A stretch of 64,000 bases of DNA from an uncultured Actinomycetes bacterium (GCA_903825945.1 CAIKCJ010000018.1:737-64736); one strand, 5' to 3'. Shown: positions 9,392 to 18,893, counted from the first letter of the stretch. The notes: a model not told the origin generated them from the sequence alone. Program-made: numbers and translations.

Positions 9392-10419
9392 GTTCAAATA
9401 TTCAAATTTTACGATCCCCAAAGAAGGCTGCATACGGCTCGGCTGGTGCACTGTTGCTCTTTGTTGCGTTGGCGATCGCTCCAAAAATTTTAGATCAGTC
9501 CATAACAAACGAATGGGTCAAACTTTTCTACCTGGTAACACTCGCTAGTATGTGGAATCTGCTTGCTGGGTATGCCGGCATGATATCCGTGGGTCAACAG
9601 GCCTTTATCGGACTTGGCGCTTATGGCGTTTTCGTCTTTAACGATCACGGCTTCAGTGCTTACGAAAGTGGGATTATCGCTTCGATTGTTGTAGGCGTGG
9701 TCGCCGTACCGATTTCATTTCTAGCGTTTCGTCTTCGAGGCGGTTATTTCGCTATCGGTACATGGGTAATCGCTGAAACACTTCGATTGATTATTATTCG
9801 TTTCCCTAGCCTAGGTTCCGGCAAAGGTCGAAATATTCAAAACTACACGCGAGATCCAATTCTTAGAAATACTTACACGTATTGGATGGCTCTAGGAGTG
9901 GCGATCTTCGCGCTGTCAGCCTGTTTCATCTTGCTTCGCTCTCGTTTTGGTCTTGCCCTCCAGTCAATTCGCGACAATGAAGTTGCAGCAAATTCTTTGG
10001 GAATTAAAGTAGATTTCACTAAACGAGTTGTTTACGTCATCGGAGCCATGGGATGTGCAGCTGCAGGTTCCGTCATCTGCATCCAGTCCATAGGTGTTGC
10101 ATCACCTAACGCGATTTTTGGTGTCAGCTACTCCGCCTTTATGATTTTTATGGTGCTCATAGGTGGCATTGGCACGATAGAAGGACCAGTTATGGGAGCT
10201 CTCTTATATTTTTTTGTTGATAAGTATTTCAGTCAATCTGGCCTTTGGTACTTAGTGATTCTCGGAGTCATTGCAATCATCGCAACCCTATTCTTCCCCA
10301 AGGGGATTTGGGGTGAAATTAATGCCCGATGGAATCTTTCGTTATTCCCGGTTAGCTATCAGGTAAAAATAGAAAATAATCAAAACGACTCCATCCATTT
10401 ATCAAAGAAAGAGAAATGA
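9388..10419 (+). CDS. Branched-chain-type ABC transporter permease (LivM-like)
   Basis: Polytopic; GMISVGQQAFIGLGAY is typical of LivM-family permeases. Confidence 0.85.
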   Translation: MSSNIQILRSPKKAAYGSAGALLLFVALAIAPKILDQSITNEWVKLFYLVTLASMWNLLAGYAGMISVGQQAFIGLGAYGVFVFNDHGFSAYESGIIASIVVGVVAVPISFLAFRLRGGYFAIGTWVIAETLRLIIIRFPSLGSGKGRNIQNYTRDPILRNTYTYWMALGVAIFALSACFILLRSRFGLALQSIRDNEVAANSLGIKVDFTKRVVYVIGAMGCAAAGSVICIQSIGVASPNAIFGVSYSAFMIFMVLIGGIGTIEGPVMGALLYFFVDKYFSQSGLWYLVILGVIAIIATLFFPKGIWGEINARWNLSLFPVSYQVKIENNQNDSIHLSKKEK

Positions 10420-10420
10420 A

Positions 10421-11878
10421 ATGACGTTACTTGATCCAGCAATCTGGTCCGGAAATATTTTTAATGGTGCGTGGGTAAAAGCTGGTGGTGGCGAGGCAAG
10501 CATCGTAGAGCCTGCAACCGGAGATTCACTTGGGACGTTGGGAATCGCCTCTGTAAAAGATGCCGAAACAGCTGCAAAAGTTGCTCATGCCGCGCAACGT
10601 GAATGGGCATTGAGAAAACCTGAGGATCGTGCTGCTGTGCTGCGTAAGGCGGGTGATTTGTTCAATCAGTATGCAGAAGAGATTCAAGGTTGGGTTATTC
10701 GTGAGACAGGCGCTATTCCGCCAAAAGCGGGTCTTGAGACCCATCTTGCATCCGAAATTTGCTTTGCTGCTGCAGGGCTACCAGGGCATGCAATGGGAGC
10801 TGTGCTTCCCTCCAATGATCCCCACTGGAGCTTCTCACGCCGTCGTCCGGCTGGCGTTGTATCGGTGATCTCACCATTCAATTTCCCCTTGATCCTTTCT
10901 ATCCGTTCCGTTGCTCCAGCACTAGCCTTGGGTAACGCAGTCCTGCTAAAGCCAGATCCCCGTACAACGGTGACGGGTGGAATTTCAATCACCAGAATTT
11001 TCCAAGAAGCCGGCTTACCAGAAGGTCTATTACATCTACTTCCGGGTGGAGCGGATGTGGGAGAAACTGTTGTTACTGCTCCTGAAGTTCGCATCATCTC
11101 ATTTACCGGATCAACTCCTGCTGGTAGAAAAGTGGGAGAGTTAGCAGCCAAACACGATAAGCGCGCACATTTGGAACTTGGTGGCAATAACGCCATGATC
11201 GTGCTTCCAGGTGCGGATATTGCCAAGGCCGCGAGTGCGGGCGCATTTGGATCGTTCCTCCACCAAGGACAGATCTGTATGACAACGGGACGCCATATTG
11301 TCCACGAGTCCCTATATGATGAATATGTCGCTGCTCTCGGTGCGAAAGCTTCACATTTGCCCGTTGGAAACCCAGCAAAGGAACAAGTTGCTCTTGGTCC
11401 AATCATTGATCAAAAGCAGCTTGCAAGAGTTGATGATCTAGTCACTAAGTCCATTGCGGCAGGCGCAACTCTTGTAGCAGGAGGAACATATGAAGGACTC
11501 TTCTACAAGGCAACTGTCTTAGCGAATGTCTCAACCGACATGCCAGCTTATTCCGAAGAAGTCTTTGGGCCAGTGGCGCCAGTAATCAAATTTAAAACCA
11601 TCGAAGAAGCCATTGAGTTGGCGTCAGCAAATCAGTACGGCCTCTCCTTATCCATTCTTGGCGACGTTGGCTTAGCGATGCAGGTAGCTGATGCTGTTCC
11701 TTCTGGAATTATTCATATAAATGAAATGACTGTAGGAGATGAAGCAAACGTTCCATTCGGTGGAATCGGAGCGTCTGGCAATGGTGCGCGTTTTGGCGGC
11801 GCAGAGGCCAATATTGAATCATTCACTGAAACCCAATGGTTGACGGTGCGTGCCGAAATTGCCCCATATCCGTTCTAA
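10421..11878 (+). CDS. NAD(P)-dependent aromatic aldehyde dehydrogenase family protein
   Basis: ALDH motifs LELGGNNA (catalytic Glu) and QGQICMTTGR (catalytic Cys). Starts 1 nt after the permease stop. Confidence 0.85.
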   Translation: MTLLDPAIWSGNIFNGAWVKAGGGEASIVEPATGDSLGTLGIASVKDAETAAKVAHAAQREWALRKPEDRAAVLRKAGDLFNQYAEEIQGWVIRETGAIPPKAGLETHLASEICFAAAGLPGHAMGAVLPSNDPHWSFSRRRPAGVVSVISPFNFPLILSIRSVAPALALGNAVLLKPDPRTTVTGGISITRIFQEAGLPEGLLHLLPGGADVGETVVTAPEVRIISFTGSTPAGRKVGELAAKHDKRAHLELGGNNAMIVLPGADIAKAASAGAFGSFLHQGQICMTTGRHIVHESLYDEYVAALGAKASHLPVGNPAKEQVALGPIIDQKQLARVDDLVTKSIAAGATLVAGGTYEGLFYKATVLANVSTDMPAYSEEVFGPVAPVIKFKTIEEAIELASANQYGLSLSILGDVGLAMQVADAVPSGIIHINEMTVGDEANVPFGGIGASGNGARFGGAEANIESFTETQWLTVRAEIAPYPF

Positions 11879-11921
11879 ACCTTCCGTTATTTTCTTCACG
11901 TAAAGCAATTTTGAGGAGACC

Positions 11922-12713
11922 GTGATGACCGCAAAATCCACGCATGGACAATCGGTAACATCACGGTCTCTCACCGTCTTAGAGGCATTTGATGCTGAAC
12001 ATCGAAAACTAACACTTTCAGATATTTCACGGCGCTCTGGGTTACCGGTAGCTACGGCGCATCGACTTGTTGCAGAATTAGAAATGTGGGGGGCGCTAGA
12101 GCGCAACACAAATGGATTGTATGAAATTGGTGAACGTATTTGGCGATTAGGCCTTTTAGCCCCAGTTCAAACTGAACTCCGAGAAGTCGCTTTGCCTTAT
12201 ATGCAGGACCTCTTTCATGTAACGAAAGATAACGTTCAACTCGCGATAAGAGACGGAATGCGTTCGCTTTACGTAGAAAGAATCGCAGGACAACGCTCAT
12301 ACCCGATTCTCGGTAAACCAGGTGCCCGACTTCCACTTCACACAACCGCAGTCGGTAAAGTTTTACTTGCTTACGCATCACAAGATGTGATTCAAGCTGC
12401 CCTCTCTGCCTTAACTCCTGAAACCGCTAGCAGTATTACTAACAAAAGAATTATGAGGGCACAGCTTGATGCTGTCCTGAAGAATGGCTACGCAACAACT
12501 AAAGACGAGATGAGTGTTGGTGCTAGCTCGATCGCGGTGCCAATTTTTGACTGGAATAACAAGACAATTGCGGCAATCGGAATCGTTACTCAAACCGGTA
12601 CGCATGATCTGAAGAGTTGGGTTCCCGCATTGAAGGTCGTAGCAACATCGCTTTCGAGAAAGTTAGCAGCCTCGAGAAAGTATCAGGAAAAAGTCGAAAC
12701 CTATCCAAACTGA
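11922..12713 (+). CDS. IclR-family transcriptional regulator
   Basis: N-terminal wHTH LTLSDISRRSGLPVATAHRLVAELE plus an IclR effector domain; 263 aa. GAGGAG lies upstream. The start could be the ATG at 11925. Confidence 0.85.
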   Translation: MMTAKSTHGQSVTSRSLTVLEAFDAEHRKLTLSDISRRSGLPVATAHRLVAELEMWGALERNTNGLYEIGERIWRLGLLAPVQTELREVALPYMQDLFHVTKDNVQLAIRDGMRSLYVERIAGQRSYPILGKPGARLPLHTTAVGKVLLAYASQDVIQAALSALTPETASSITNKRIMRAQLDAVLKNGYATTKDEMSVGASSIAVPIFDWNNKTIAAIGIVTQTGTHDLKSWVPALKVVATSLSRKLAASRKYQEKVETYPN

Positions 12714-12800
12714 ATTTTGAAGCGGTAACCCTTCATTTATTGACTCCGTTATTATGCAGCTAAAGGAATAACGACTTAGTTGTAGGGCAAGAATCCAGGC

Positions 12801-14189
12801 CTAAGGGGTGGGTCGAAGCGATTTTCCTGCCTCATAAGGCAACTTCACTAGCTGATAGATGGAAATAAGCATTAACGTCGCAATCACCCAAAGCGCGCAT
12901 GTGTACTGGTCAGCGCTAGAGATGAAATCGCGACCAAATTTTAGAGCGATAACCATTGCTGAAACGCCAACAATGTCATTGCCCTTAATAAAAATCAGAT
13001 TGAGATTGTTGGCATATGCCACCATATCAGTATCAATATCTGCAAAGGTGAGGGCGTAATAGAAGGTAAGCAAGAGCGACCTAGCTCCACCTGCAATAAA
13101 TAGAAGGATAATCATTGCTGGTAGCAGATTATTGCCAGCGATCCAGATAACTAGAGCGATAGAGATCGTCGAAATGATCGTGACGTATATGAGGAGTGGC
13201 TTAAGTCGGAATCTCTTCATCAAGGGGTTGGTGAGTGATTTAAAAATTAAGTTTCCAGCCATGTAGGAGAGCAGTACTTTACCAGATTTTTCCGCGCTCC
13301 AACCGAGCTTGTCCTGAAACAGTAAAGGCAGAACAAAGGGGAGGGAGACAGCAGTCATTCTGTAAAAGGACCCGCTGTCATTAGCAACTCTAAATGTGTG
13401 AATTTTCATGGGACTGAGATCGACTAGCGGCTTTGGGGTAGTTAGAAAATGTCGGATAGTGGGTACTCCAAAAGCAACACCTATGGCGAGCAAAGCAATT
13501 GCAAGATAAACATCAACATGAGCGTTGCCAAGCTGGGCAGCGCCAAATACGAAACCGATAAGAGAAGTTGTCATAAGGAAGAGACCGGAGAGATCTAATT
13601 TGTGGAGGCTGCCCCCAGGTATGCGGGGGATGATCTTGTAGCCAATCGCGAGGCAGATAACTCCGATCGGGAAATTCACATAGAAAATCCATGACCACGA
13701 TGCATGTGCAATCAAGAATCCACCTAGTACTGGAGCGATAACCGGTGCGGCAAGCGAGGGCCATACAAGATAAGCAATTGCTCGAGGAATCTCATGTTGT
13801 TTAGTTGCAACAAGCACTATTCGTCGACCAACTGGGACCATCGATGCTGCCCCTGCACCTTGAAGAATTCTGGCAATAATGAGTTCGCTCAGACTTTGGC
13901 TTGCACCGCATGCAAGTGAGGCGAAAATGAAGAGGACGACGCTTCCAAAGAGGATGGGACGCACACCAAATTTCTCGACCAGCCACGACGCGATTGGTAT
14001 CAAGCAGACGATGCTTAAAACGTAGGAAGTAACGCAGATGCCTATTTGGGAGGAGAGAATATGAAAAGAGCGGGCGATAGTCGGTGCTGCCGTTGGCAAG
14101 ATGGCACCATCGAGATTTTCCATGAAAGAGAGAGCAGCGACAAGCAGCGCAACAGGTCCGATCTCGAATTTCTCACGTCTGCGCAACAT
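12801..14189 (-). CDS. MFS transporter (DHA2/EmrB-like, about 14 TM)
   Basis: 462 aa and highly hydrophobic, with an MFS motif-A-like GRRIVLV. Confidence 0.75.
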   Translation of the reverse strand: MLRRREKFEIGPVALLVAALSFMENLDGAILPTAAPTIARSFHILSSQIGICVTSYVLSIVCLIPIASWLVEKFGVRPILFGSVVLFIFASLACGASQSLSELIIARILQGAGAASMVPVGRRIVLVATKQHEIPRAIAYLVWPSLAAPVIAPVLGGFLIAHASWSWIFYVNFPIGVICLAIGYKIIPRIPGGSLHKLDLSGLFLMTTSLIGFVFGAAQLGNAHVDVYLAIALLAIGVAFGVPTIRHFLTTPKPLVDLSPMKIHTFRVANDSGSFYRMTAVSLPFVLPLLFQDKLGWSAEKSGKVLLSYMAGNLIFKSLTNPLMKRFRLKPLLIYVTIISTISIALVIWIAGNNLLPAMIILLFIAGGARSLLLTFYYALTFADIDTDMVAYANNLNLIFIKGNDIVGVSAMVIALKFGRDFISSADQYTCALWVIATLMLISIYQLVKLPYEAGKSLRPTP

Positions 14190-14267
14190 CTGGCAAGTCT
14201 AGAGAATTTTTAAGAAGTAGGTAGAGTTAAGGCATTAGTAAGCTAAATTGCTTAAAGGAGATAGACA

Positions 14268-14399
14268 ATGTGTAGTCCTGTGAAATGCGAAAAGTGCCAA
14301 AAGATTACCTGGGCTGGGTGTGGCGAGCATATTGAAGAAGCTCTCGCTGGTTTTAGCGAAGATCAACTCTGTCATTGCGAGAAAATGGCCACCGCATGA
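14268..14399 (+). CDS. Small Cys-rich protein (43 aa), absent from the ORF track
   Basis: My translation: MCSPVKCEKCQKITWAGCGEHIEEALAGFSEDQLCHCEKMATA. AAAGGAG (14254-14260) lies 7 nt upstream of the ATG. The TGA (14397-14399) overlaps the ATG (14396) of the DUF885 gene. Confidence 0.55.
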   Translation: MCSPVKCEKCQKITWAGCGEHIEEALAGFSEDQLCHCEKMATA

Positions 14400-16042
14400 G
14401 CACCCACCGCTCCGCAATTTTTCAGCTCTCGGATGAGTATGTAGTCGAGAATGCTCGCCTGAGTCCGATGAGTGCAACATCATTAGGTATTGCTGGCAGT
14501 GATCACCTACTCGATGATTTCTCTCTTGCGCATGAAACAAAAGTTGCAGAATATGTCCGTGATGTTATTGCCCGCGCGCAGGCGATCACACCTATCGATG
14601 AGATTGATCGAATTGCCAAAGATGTATTAGTAGATCGCCTGGCGAGCCGAGTTTCTCTTTTTGATTCTGGTGAATCGCTTTACCGCTTTAGCCCAATCGT
14701 TAATCCTATTAGCTCAATCCGAAGCATCTTCACGATTATGAAGGTCGATGGCCCTGATGCATTGGCAAACGTAACCGCTCGTCTTAATGCAATTGGCGCA
14801 GCCGTGGAGAGTTGGAAATCTACTCTTGATGCAATGGCTGCAAAGGGCAAGGTTGTTGCTCGTCGTCAGAGCATCGCTGTTGCAGAGCAAGCCAGAGTTC
14901 ATGGTGATGGCGGGTACGAAGAGATGGCCCGATCATTTGATCCAGAAAACAATTACCCTGAGCTACATATAGCTGCGAAGAGCGCGGAAAAAGTGTTATC
15001 AGAGCTCTCCACCTGGCTCTTGAACGTTCATGCTCCTCGCTGTGTTGAAGCCGATGGGGTTGGAGCAGATCTTTATGCACCTTGGGCAGAGCATTTCACG
15101 GGTGCAGATCTCGATCTTCGTGCGACGTATGAGTGGGGCGTAGCAGACCTACAACAGATCAACGATCGTATGCGCGTAGCAGCAGCCAAGCTCGGACTAG
15201 AAGGTAAGAGCCTGAAAGAAGTAGCCGAGTATTGCGAAGAAGCGGAGCTACATCGCATCGATGGTGCGGATAACCTGCTAGCGAAACTGAAGGAATTTAC
15301 CCAAGAAGCAATTGAGCGCCTTGATGGTGTCTACTTTGATATTGATCCCCGTATTAAATTCTGCGATGCCCAATTAGCTCCAGAAGGTTCAGCCGCTGCG
15401 CCTTATTACATGCCTCCTAGTGAGGATCTCGCGCGACCAGGCACAACCTGGTATCCAACCCTTGGACACACTCGCTTTAACTTCTGGCACATCGCCTCAA
15501 CCTGGTATCACGAGGCAGTTCCTGGCCATCACCTGCAATGTGCTACCGCAGTCATTGAGGCTGATCGGTTGAGCCGTTTCCAACGGACCGAAGCCTGGAT
15601 TAGTGGTTACGGTGAAGGATGGGCGCTCTATGCAGAACGTTTCATGGATGAACTAGGCGCGTTTGATGATCCAGCAATCGAACTGGGTTATCTCTCTGGC
15701 CAAGCACTGCGTGCCGCACGAATTGTTGTTGATATCGGAATGCACTGTGGTTACACCGACTTTGATGGGAATCTCTGGAACGCTGATTCTGCTTACAACT
15801 TGCTCGTGGAGCGCGGAATGCTCGCTCCCGATTTCGCAAAGAGTGAAGTAGAGCGTTATCTAGGCTGGCCAGGGCAGGCAATCTCGTACAAGGTTGGCGA
15901 GCGGGTCTGGATGAAGGTCCGTGAAGATGCAAAAGCCCGTCTTGGCAGCAACTTCGATATCAAGGCCTGGCACAACTATGCACTCAAGATCGGTCCTATG
16001 GGTCTGGATAAGTTCGAGAAAGAGATGGCGATTTTTCAGTAA
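14396..16042 (+). CDS. DUF885-family protein (putative metallopeptidase-like)
   Basis: HEAVPGHHLQ motif characteristic of DUF885. I prefer the ATG at 14396 (MSTHRS...), which is coupled to the small ORF, over the track start at 14375. Confidence 0.75.
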   Translation: MSTHRSAIFQLSDEYVVENARLSPMSATSLGIAGSDHLLDDFSLAHETKVAEYVRDVIARAQAITPIDEIDRIAKDVLVDRLASRVSLFDSGESLYRFSPIVNPISSIRSIFTIMKVDGPDALANVTARLNAIGAAVESWKSTLDAMAAKGKVVARRQSIAVAEQARVHGDGGYEEMARSFDPENNYPELHIAAKSAEKVLSELSTWLLNVHAPRCVEADGVGADLYAPWAEHFTGADLDLRATYEWGVADLQQINDRMRVAAAKLGLEGKSLKEVAEYCEEAELHRIDGADNLLAKLKEFTQEAIERLDGVYFDIDPRIKFCDAQLAPEGSAAAPYYMPPSEDLARPGTTWYPTLGHTRFNFWHIASTWYHEAVPGHHLQCATAVIEADRLSRFQRTEAWISGYGEGWALYAERFMDELGAFDDPAIELGYLSGQALRAARIVVDIGMHCGYTDFDGNLWNADSAYNLLVERGMLAPDFAKSEVERYLGWPGQAISYKVGERVWMKVREDAKARLGSNFDIKAWHNYALKIGPMGLDKFEKEMAIFQ

Positions 16043-16060
16043 AAGGTAGTTCTTTCGCTC

Positions 16061-16094
16061 AAAAGACCCTTGGGAATCCCCCAAGGGTCTTTTC
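16061..16094 (+). terminator. Intrinsic terminator after the DUF885 gene
   Basis: GACCCTTGGG (16065-16074), loop AATCC, then CCCAAGGGTC (16080-16089), followed by TTTT. Confidence 0.7.
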
Positions 16095-16180
16095 GTTGGA
16101 TTTGGGTGCCTTGAATTAAACGGTGAGATCTACTAAGTCCAGTGCTTCAAGAGCGCTGTTGCCAGAGATACAGTATTCAC

Positions 16181-17455
16181 ATGAAAGTCACCGATAGAGA
16201 ATATGCGTTGAACCTTGATTCTAAGGATCCGCTTGCGAAGTATAAAAACGAGTTTGTTATAAGTGATCCAGATCTTTGCTACCTAGATGGCAATTCACTC
16301 GGTCGACTTCCGAAGAAAACGATAGAAGTCGTTAACAATTATTTGACGCAAGAGTGGGGCCCACGCATTGTTGAGGGCTGGGCAGAGTGGATCGATGAAG
16401 CCGAATCAGTTGGTGATCTCATCGGACGAGCGGCACTAGGTTCGGCGGGAGGACAGGTTTTGGCATGTGACACAACCTCAGTTAATTTTTATCAGCTTGT
16501 TGGTGCCGCGCTTGCCGCACGCCCAGGCCGCAAGACAATTATTATCGATAAGGCGAATTTCCCAACAGATAGATACATCCTGCAAGGGTTTGCAGAGCGT
16601 CATGGCCTTAATTTGGTCGAAATCGATAATGAAGAGAGAAGTGGATTTGCTCACGAGCGCATCACTCCCGAACTTTTGCGTCCGTATATGTCAGATGATG
16701 TGGCCTTCATAACTTTTGAGGTCATTCAATATCGATCTGGTGCTCGCAATGACATTAAGGCACTCACTGAATTGGCGCGTGAATATGGCGCTCTTGCGAT
16801 CTGGGATGCCAGCCACGCAGTTGGCGCAATAGATATGAAGCTTGATGAATCAGGTGTTGATCTAGTTGTTGGCTGTACATATAAGTATGGAAACTCTGGG
16901 CCAGGGTCACCAGCATGGATGTATGTTTCTAAGCGCGTGCAGGGTGAGCTCAAGACACCGATTCAGGGCTGGTTCGCACAACGCAATCAATTTGCAATGG
17001 GTCCAGTCTTCGAGAAGAACGATGGGATGAGAGGTTTCCAAATAGCGAGTCCATCTCTCATTGGATTACGTTGCATTCAGAGCGCCTTTGGCATGATCGA
17101 GGAGGCCTCTATTGAAGAGATCGATCGCAAGTGCGCTATCGGCACCCAGATGATGATCGAATTATTTGATGAATGGCTTGCCCCGCTTGGTTTTACGATG
17201 AATACATCGCGTCTGGCTCATGAGCGCGGTGGACATATTTCACTTGTCCATCCAGATGCAAAAAGAATCTCAATTGCCCTTCGTGAGTTTGCAAACGTCA
17301 TCCCTGATTATCGCGAACCGAATTCCATTCGAGTAGCGATATCACCTCTGCCAACGAGTTATGTGGAGATCTGGGATGGATTTGCCCGACTCCGCGACTT
17401 GGTAACTACCCGTCAATACGAGAAAATCAACGCAGAAAATATCAAAGTCACATGA
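16181..17455 (+). CDS. kynU: Kynureninase
   Basis: YLDGNSLGRLP, FPTDRY and the PLP-lysine region GCTYKYGNSGPG align with Pseudomonas kynureninase as recalled. The ATG at 16181 (MKVTDRE) fits the family N-terminus better than the GTG at 16142. Confidence 0.8.
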   Translation: MKVTDREYALNLDSKDPLAKYKNEFVISDPDLCYLDGNSLGRLPKKTIEVVNNYLTQEWGPRIVEGWAEWIDEAESVGDLIGRAALGSAGGQVLACDTTSVNFYQLVGAALAARPGRKTIIIDKANFPTDRYILQGFAERHGLNLVEIDNEERSGFAHERITPELLRPYMSDDVAFITFEVIQYRSGARNDIKALTELAREYGALAIWDASHAVGAIDMKLDESGVDLVVGCTYKYGNSGPGSPAWMYVSKRVQGELKTPIQGWFAQRNQFAMGPVFEKNDGMRGFQIASPSLIGLRCIQSAFGMIEEASIEEIDRKCAIGTQMMIELFDEWLAPLGFTMNTSRLAHERGGHISLVHPDAKRISIALREFANVIPDYREPNSIRVAISPLPTSYVEIWDGFARLRDLVTTRQYEKINAENIKVT

Positions 17456-18243
17456 GTACTTATGATTCAGCGCTGACATATAGTTCCTATTTAGCAGTCG
17501 ACGAGTTACTGCATTTGCAGAGAACTCTCTCCGAACCTGCAGAGCATGATGAGATGCTATTTATTGTTATCCATCAAACGTATGAACTCTGGTTTAAACA
17601 ATTGCTTCATGAATTAACTTTTGCGCAATCGTCACTTGAATCTGGAGAGACCTACAAAGCGCTTGCAACGTTGGGCAGAATTCGCACCATTTTGAAAGTC
17701 TGCGTTTCGCAAGTTGATATCTTGGAGACGATGACTCCGCTCCAATTCAATTCCTTTAGAAATTTTCTCTCTTCATCATCAGGCTTTCAATCTGCTCAGT
17801 TCCGTGAAGTAGAGGCAATCTTAGGTCGACGCGATTCTAAAATGGCGGGGCATCTTCCGCCCGCTGCTCAGGAGAAAATCGCTGAAATTACTCAACGCAG
17901 AGCGCTCTGGGATTCAGCCCTGGTCTATTTTTCCAGGCGAGGTTACGTAATCCCGCAGCAATATTTAGATCGAGATTTCTCATCTCACTACATACCTAAT
18001 CAGGAAGTCCAAGATATCTTGGTCGATATTCACCACAACGACCCTGAGACATCCATGATCTGCGAACGTCTTGTTGATATCGATGAGGGTTTACAGGAGT
18101 GGCGATATCGCCATGTAAAAATGGTTGAACGAACAATTGGTCACAAGACTGGTACGGGCGGTTCATCTGGAGTCGATTACCTCGCCTCCACCCTCCATCG
18201 TCCTGTTTTTACGGATCTTTGGGCAGTTCGAGATCGTCTGTAG
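17452..18243 (+). CDS. kynA: Tryptophan 2,3-dioxygenase
   Basis: YSSYLAVDELLHLQ and IVIHQTYELWFKQLLHEL are typical bacterial TDO motifs. ATGA overlap with kynU. Confidence 0.85.
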   Translation: MSTYDSALTYSSYLAVDELLHLQRTLSEPAEHDEMLFIVIHQTYELWFKQLLHELTFAQSSLESGETYKALATLGRIRTILKVCVSQVDILETMTPLQFNSFRNFLSSSSGFQSAQFREVEAILGRRDSKMAGHLPPAAQEKIAEITQRRALWDSALVYFSRRGYVIPQQYLDRDFSSHYIPNQEVQDILVDIHHNDPETSMICERLVDIDEGLQEWRYRHVKMVERTIGHKTGTGGSSGVDYLASTLHRPVFTDLWAVRDRL

Positions 18244-18249
18244 CGCTAA

Positions 18250-18881
18250 ATGGCCAATAAATTTCTCAAATCTCTGCCCAGCGATGCCCACAAGTATTCG
18301 CATGGGACAGTCTGCGTAGTCGCAGGAAGCCGTGCATATTCCGGAGCGGCAGTTTTGTGCGTGGGGGGCGCTAGGCGCGGCGGTTCGGGATACATAAATT
18401 ACTTGGCGCTCGATCGACTACCTGCATTTATGGTCTTGCGTGCCTACCCCGATGTTGTGCTTCGTAAGAAGGTTGCCAATATTGCGGTTGAAGCTTGGGT
18501 TATCGGTTCGGGATCTCCACAATTGCCCAGGAATTTTCAAATCCCTGCCTCCGCTTATGTCGTCCTGGATTCTGTGGCGATGTCTTTCGTGAGCGATATC
18601 CATGCACAGTGGAAAGTCATAACGCCGCATCAGCTGACGGCGAACTCATTGTTGAGGACAGTGGCGGACCAGAATTATCAACTGCCGGTACTGGAGATAT
18701 TTTGGCTGGCCTACTTGGTTCAATGCTCGCGTCATGGAAACCAGAAAATGAGAGCGCTGTTTTAGATGTTTTGCATAAAACAGTGCGGATGCATGCAGCT
18801 GCGGGAAAGTTAGCTGCTAAGAAGTATGCACCGGTAACGGCTACGGATGTGTTAGAACAACTAGCAAAAGTTGATCGCTAG
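18250..18881 (+). pseudogene. nnrD: ADP-dependent NAD(P)H-hydrate dehydratase (YjeF_C/NnrD-like), frame-disrupted
   Basis: Frame 1 (18250..18765) carries HKYSHGTVCVVAGSRAYSGAAVL ... VITPH. The C-terminal motif STAGTGDILAGLLGSMLA is in the -1 frame (ORF 18495..18881). The frame switch lies around 18630-18650. Confidence 0.6.
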
Positions 18882-18893
18882 TTCTTCTGGACT

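Noticed and set aside
10684-11406. 240-aa ORF antisense to the aldehyde dehydrogenase gene
   Set aside because: It lies entirely within a well-supported ALDH CDS on the other strand. The product is low-complexity and Pro/Ala/Ser/Arg-rich with no motifs. This is the typical shadow ORF of a GC-rich third-position gene.
14235-14540. 101-aa minus-strand ORF spanning the MFS/DUF885 intergenic region
   Set aside because: It overlaps both the SD-preceded 43-aa plus-strand ORF and the DUF885 N-terminus. It has no RBS and its composition is implausible.
18495-18881. Treating the 128-aa ORF as an independent gene, or the junction as a programmed -1 frameshift
   Set aside because: Its first roughly 45 residues are out-of-frame nonsense overlapping the nnrD N-terminal part. 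Only its C-terminus carries the YjeF_C motif. I could identify no slippery heptamer or downstream pseudoknot around 18630-18650. A mutation or sequencing error is the simpler explanation.
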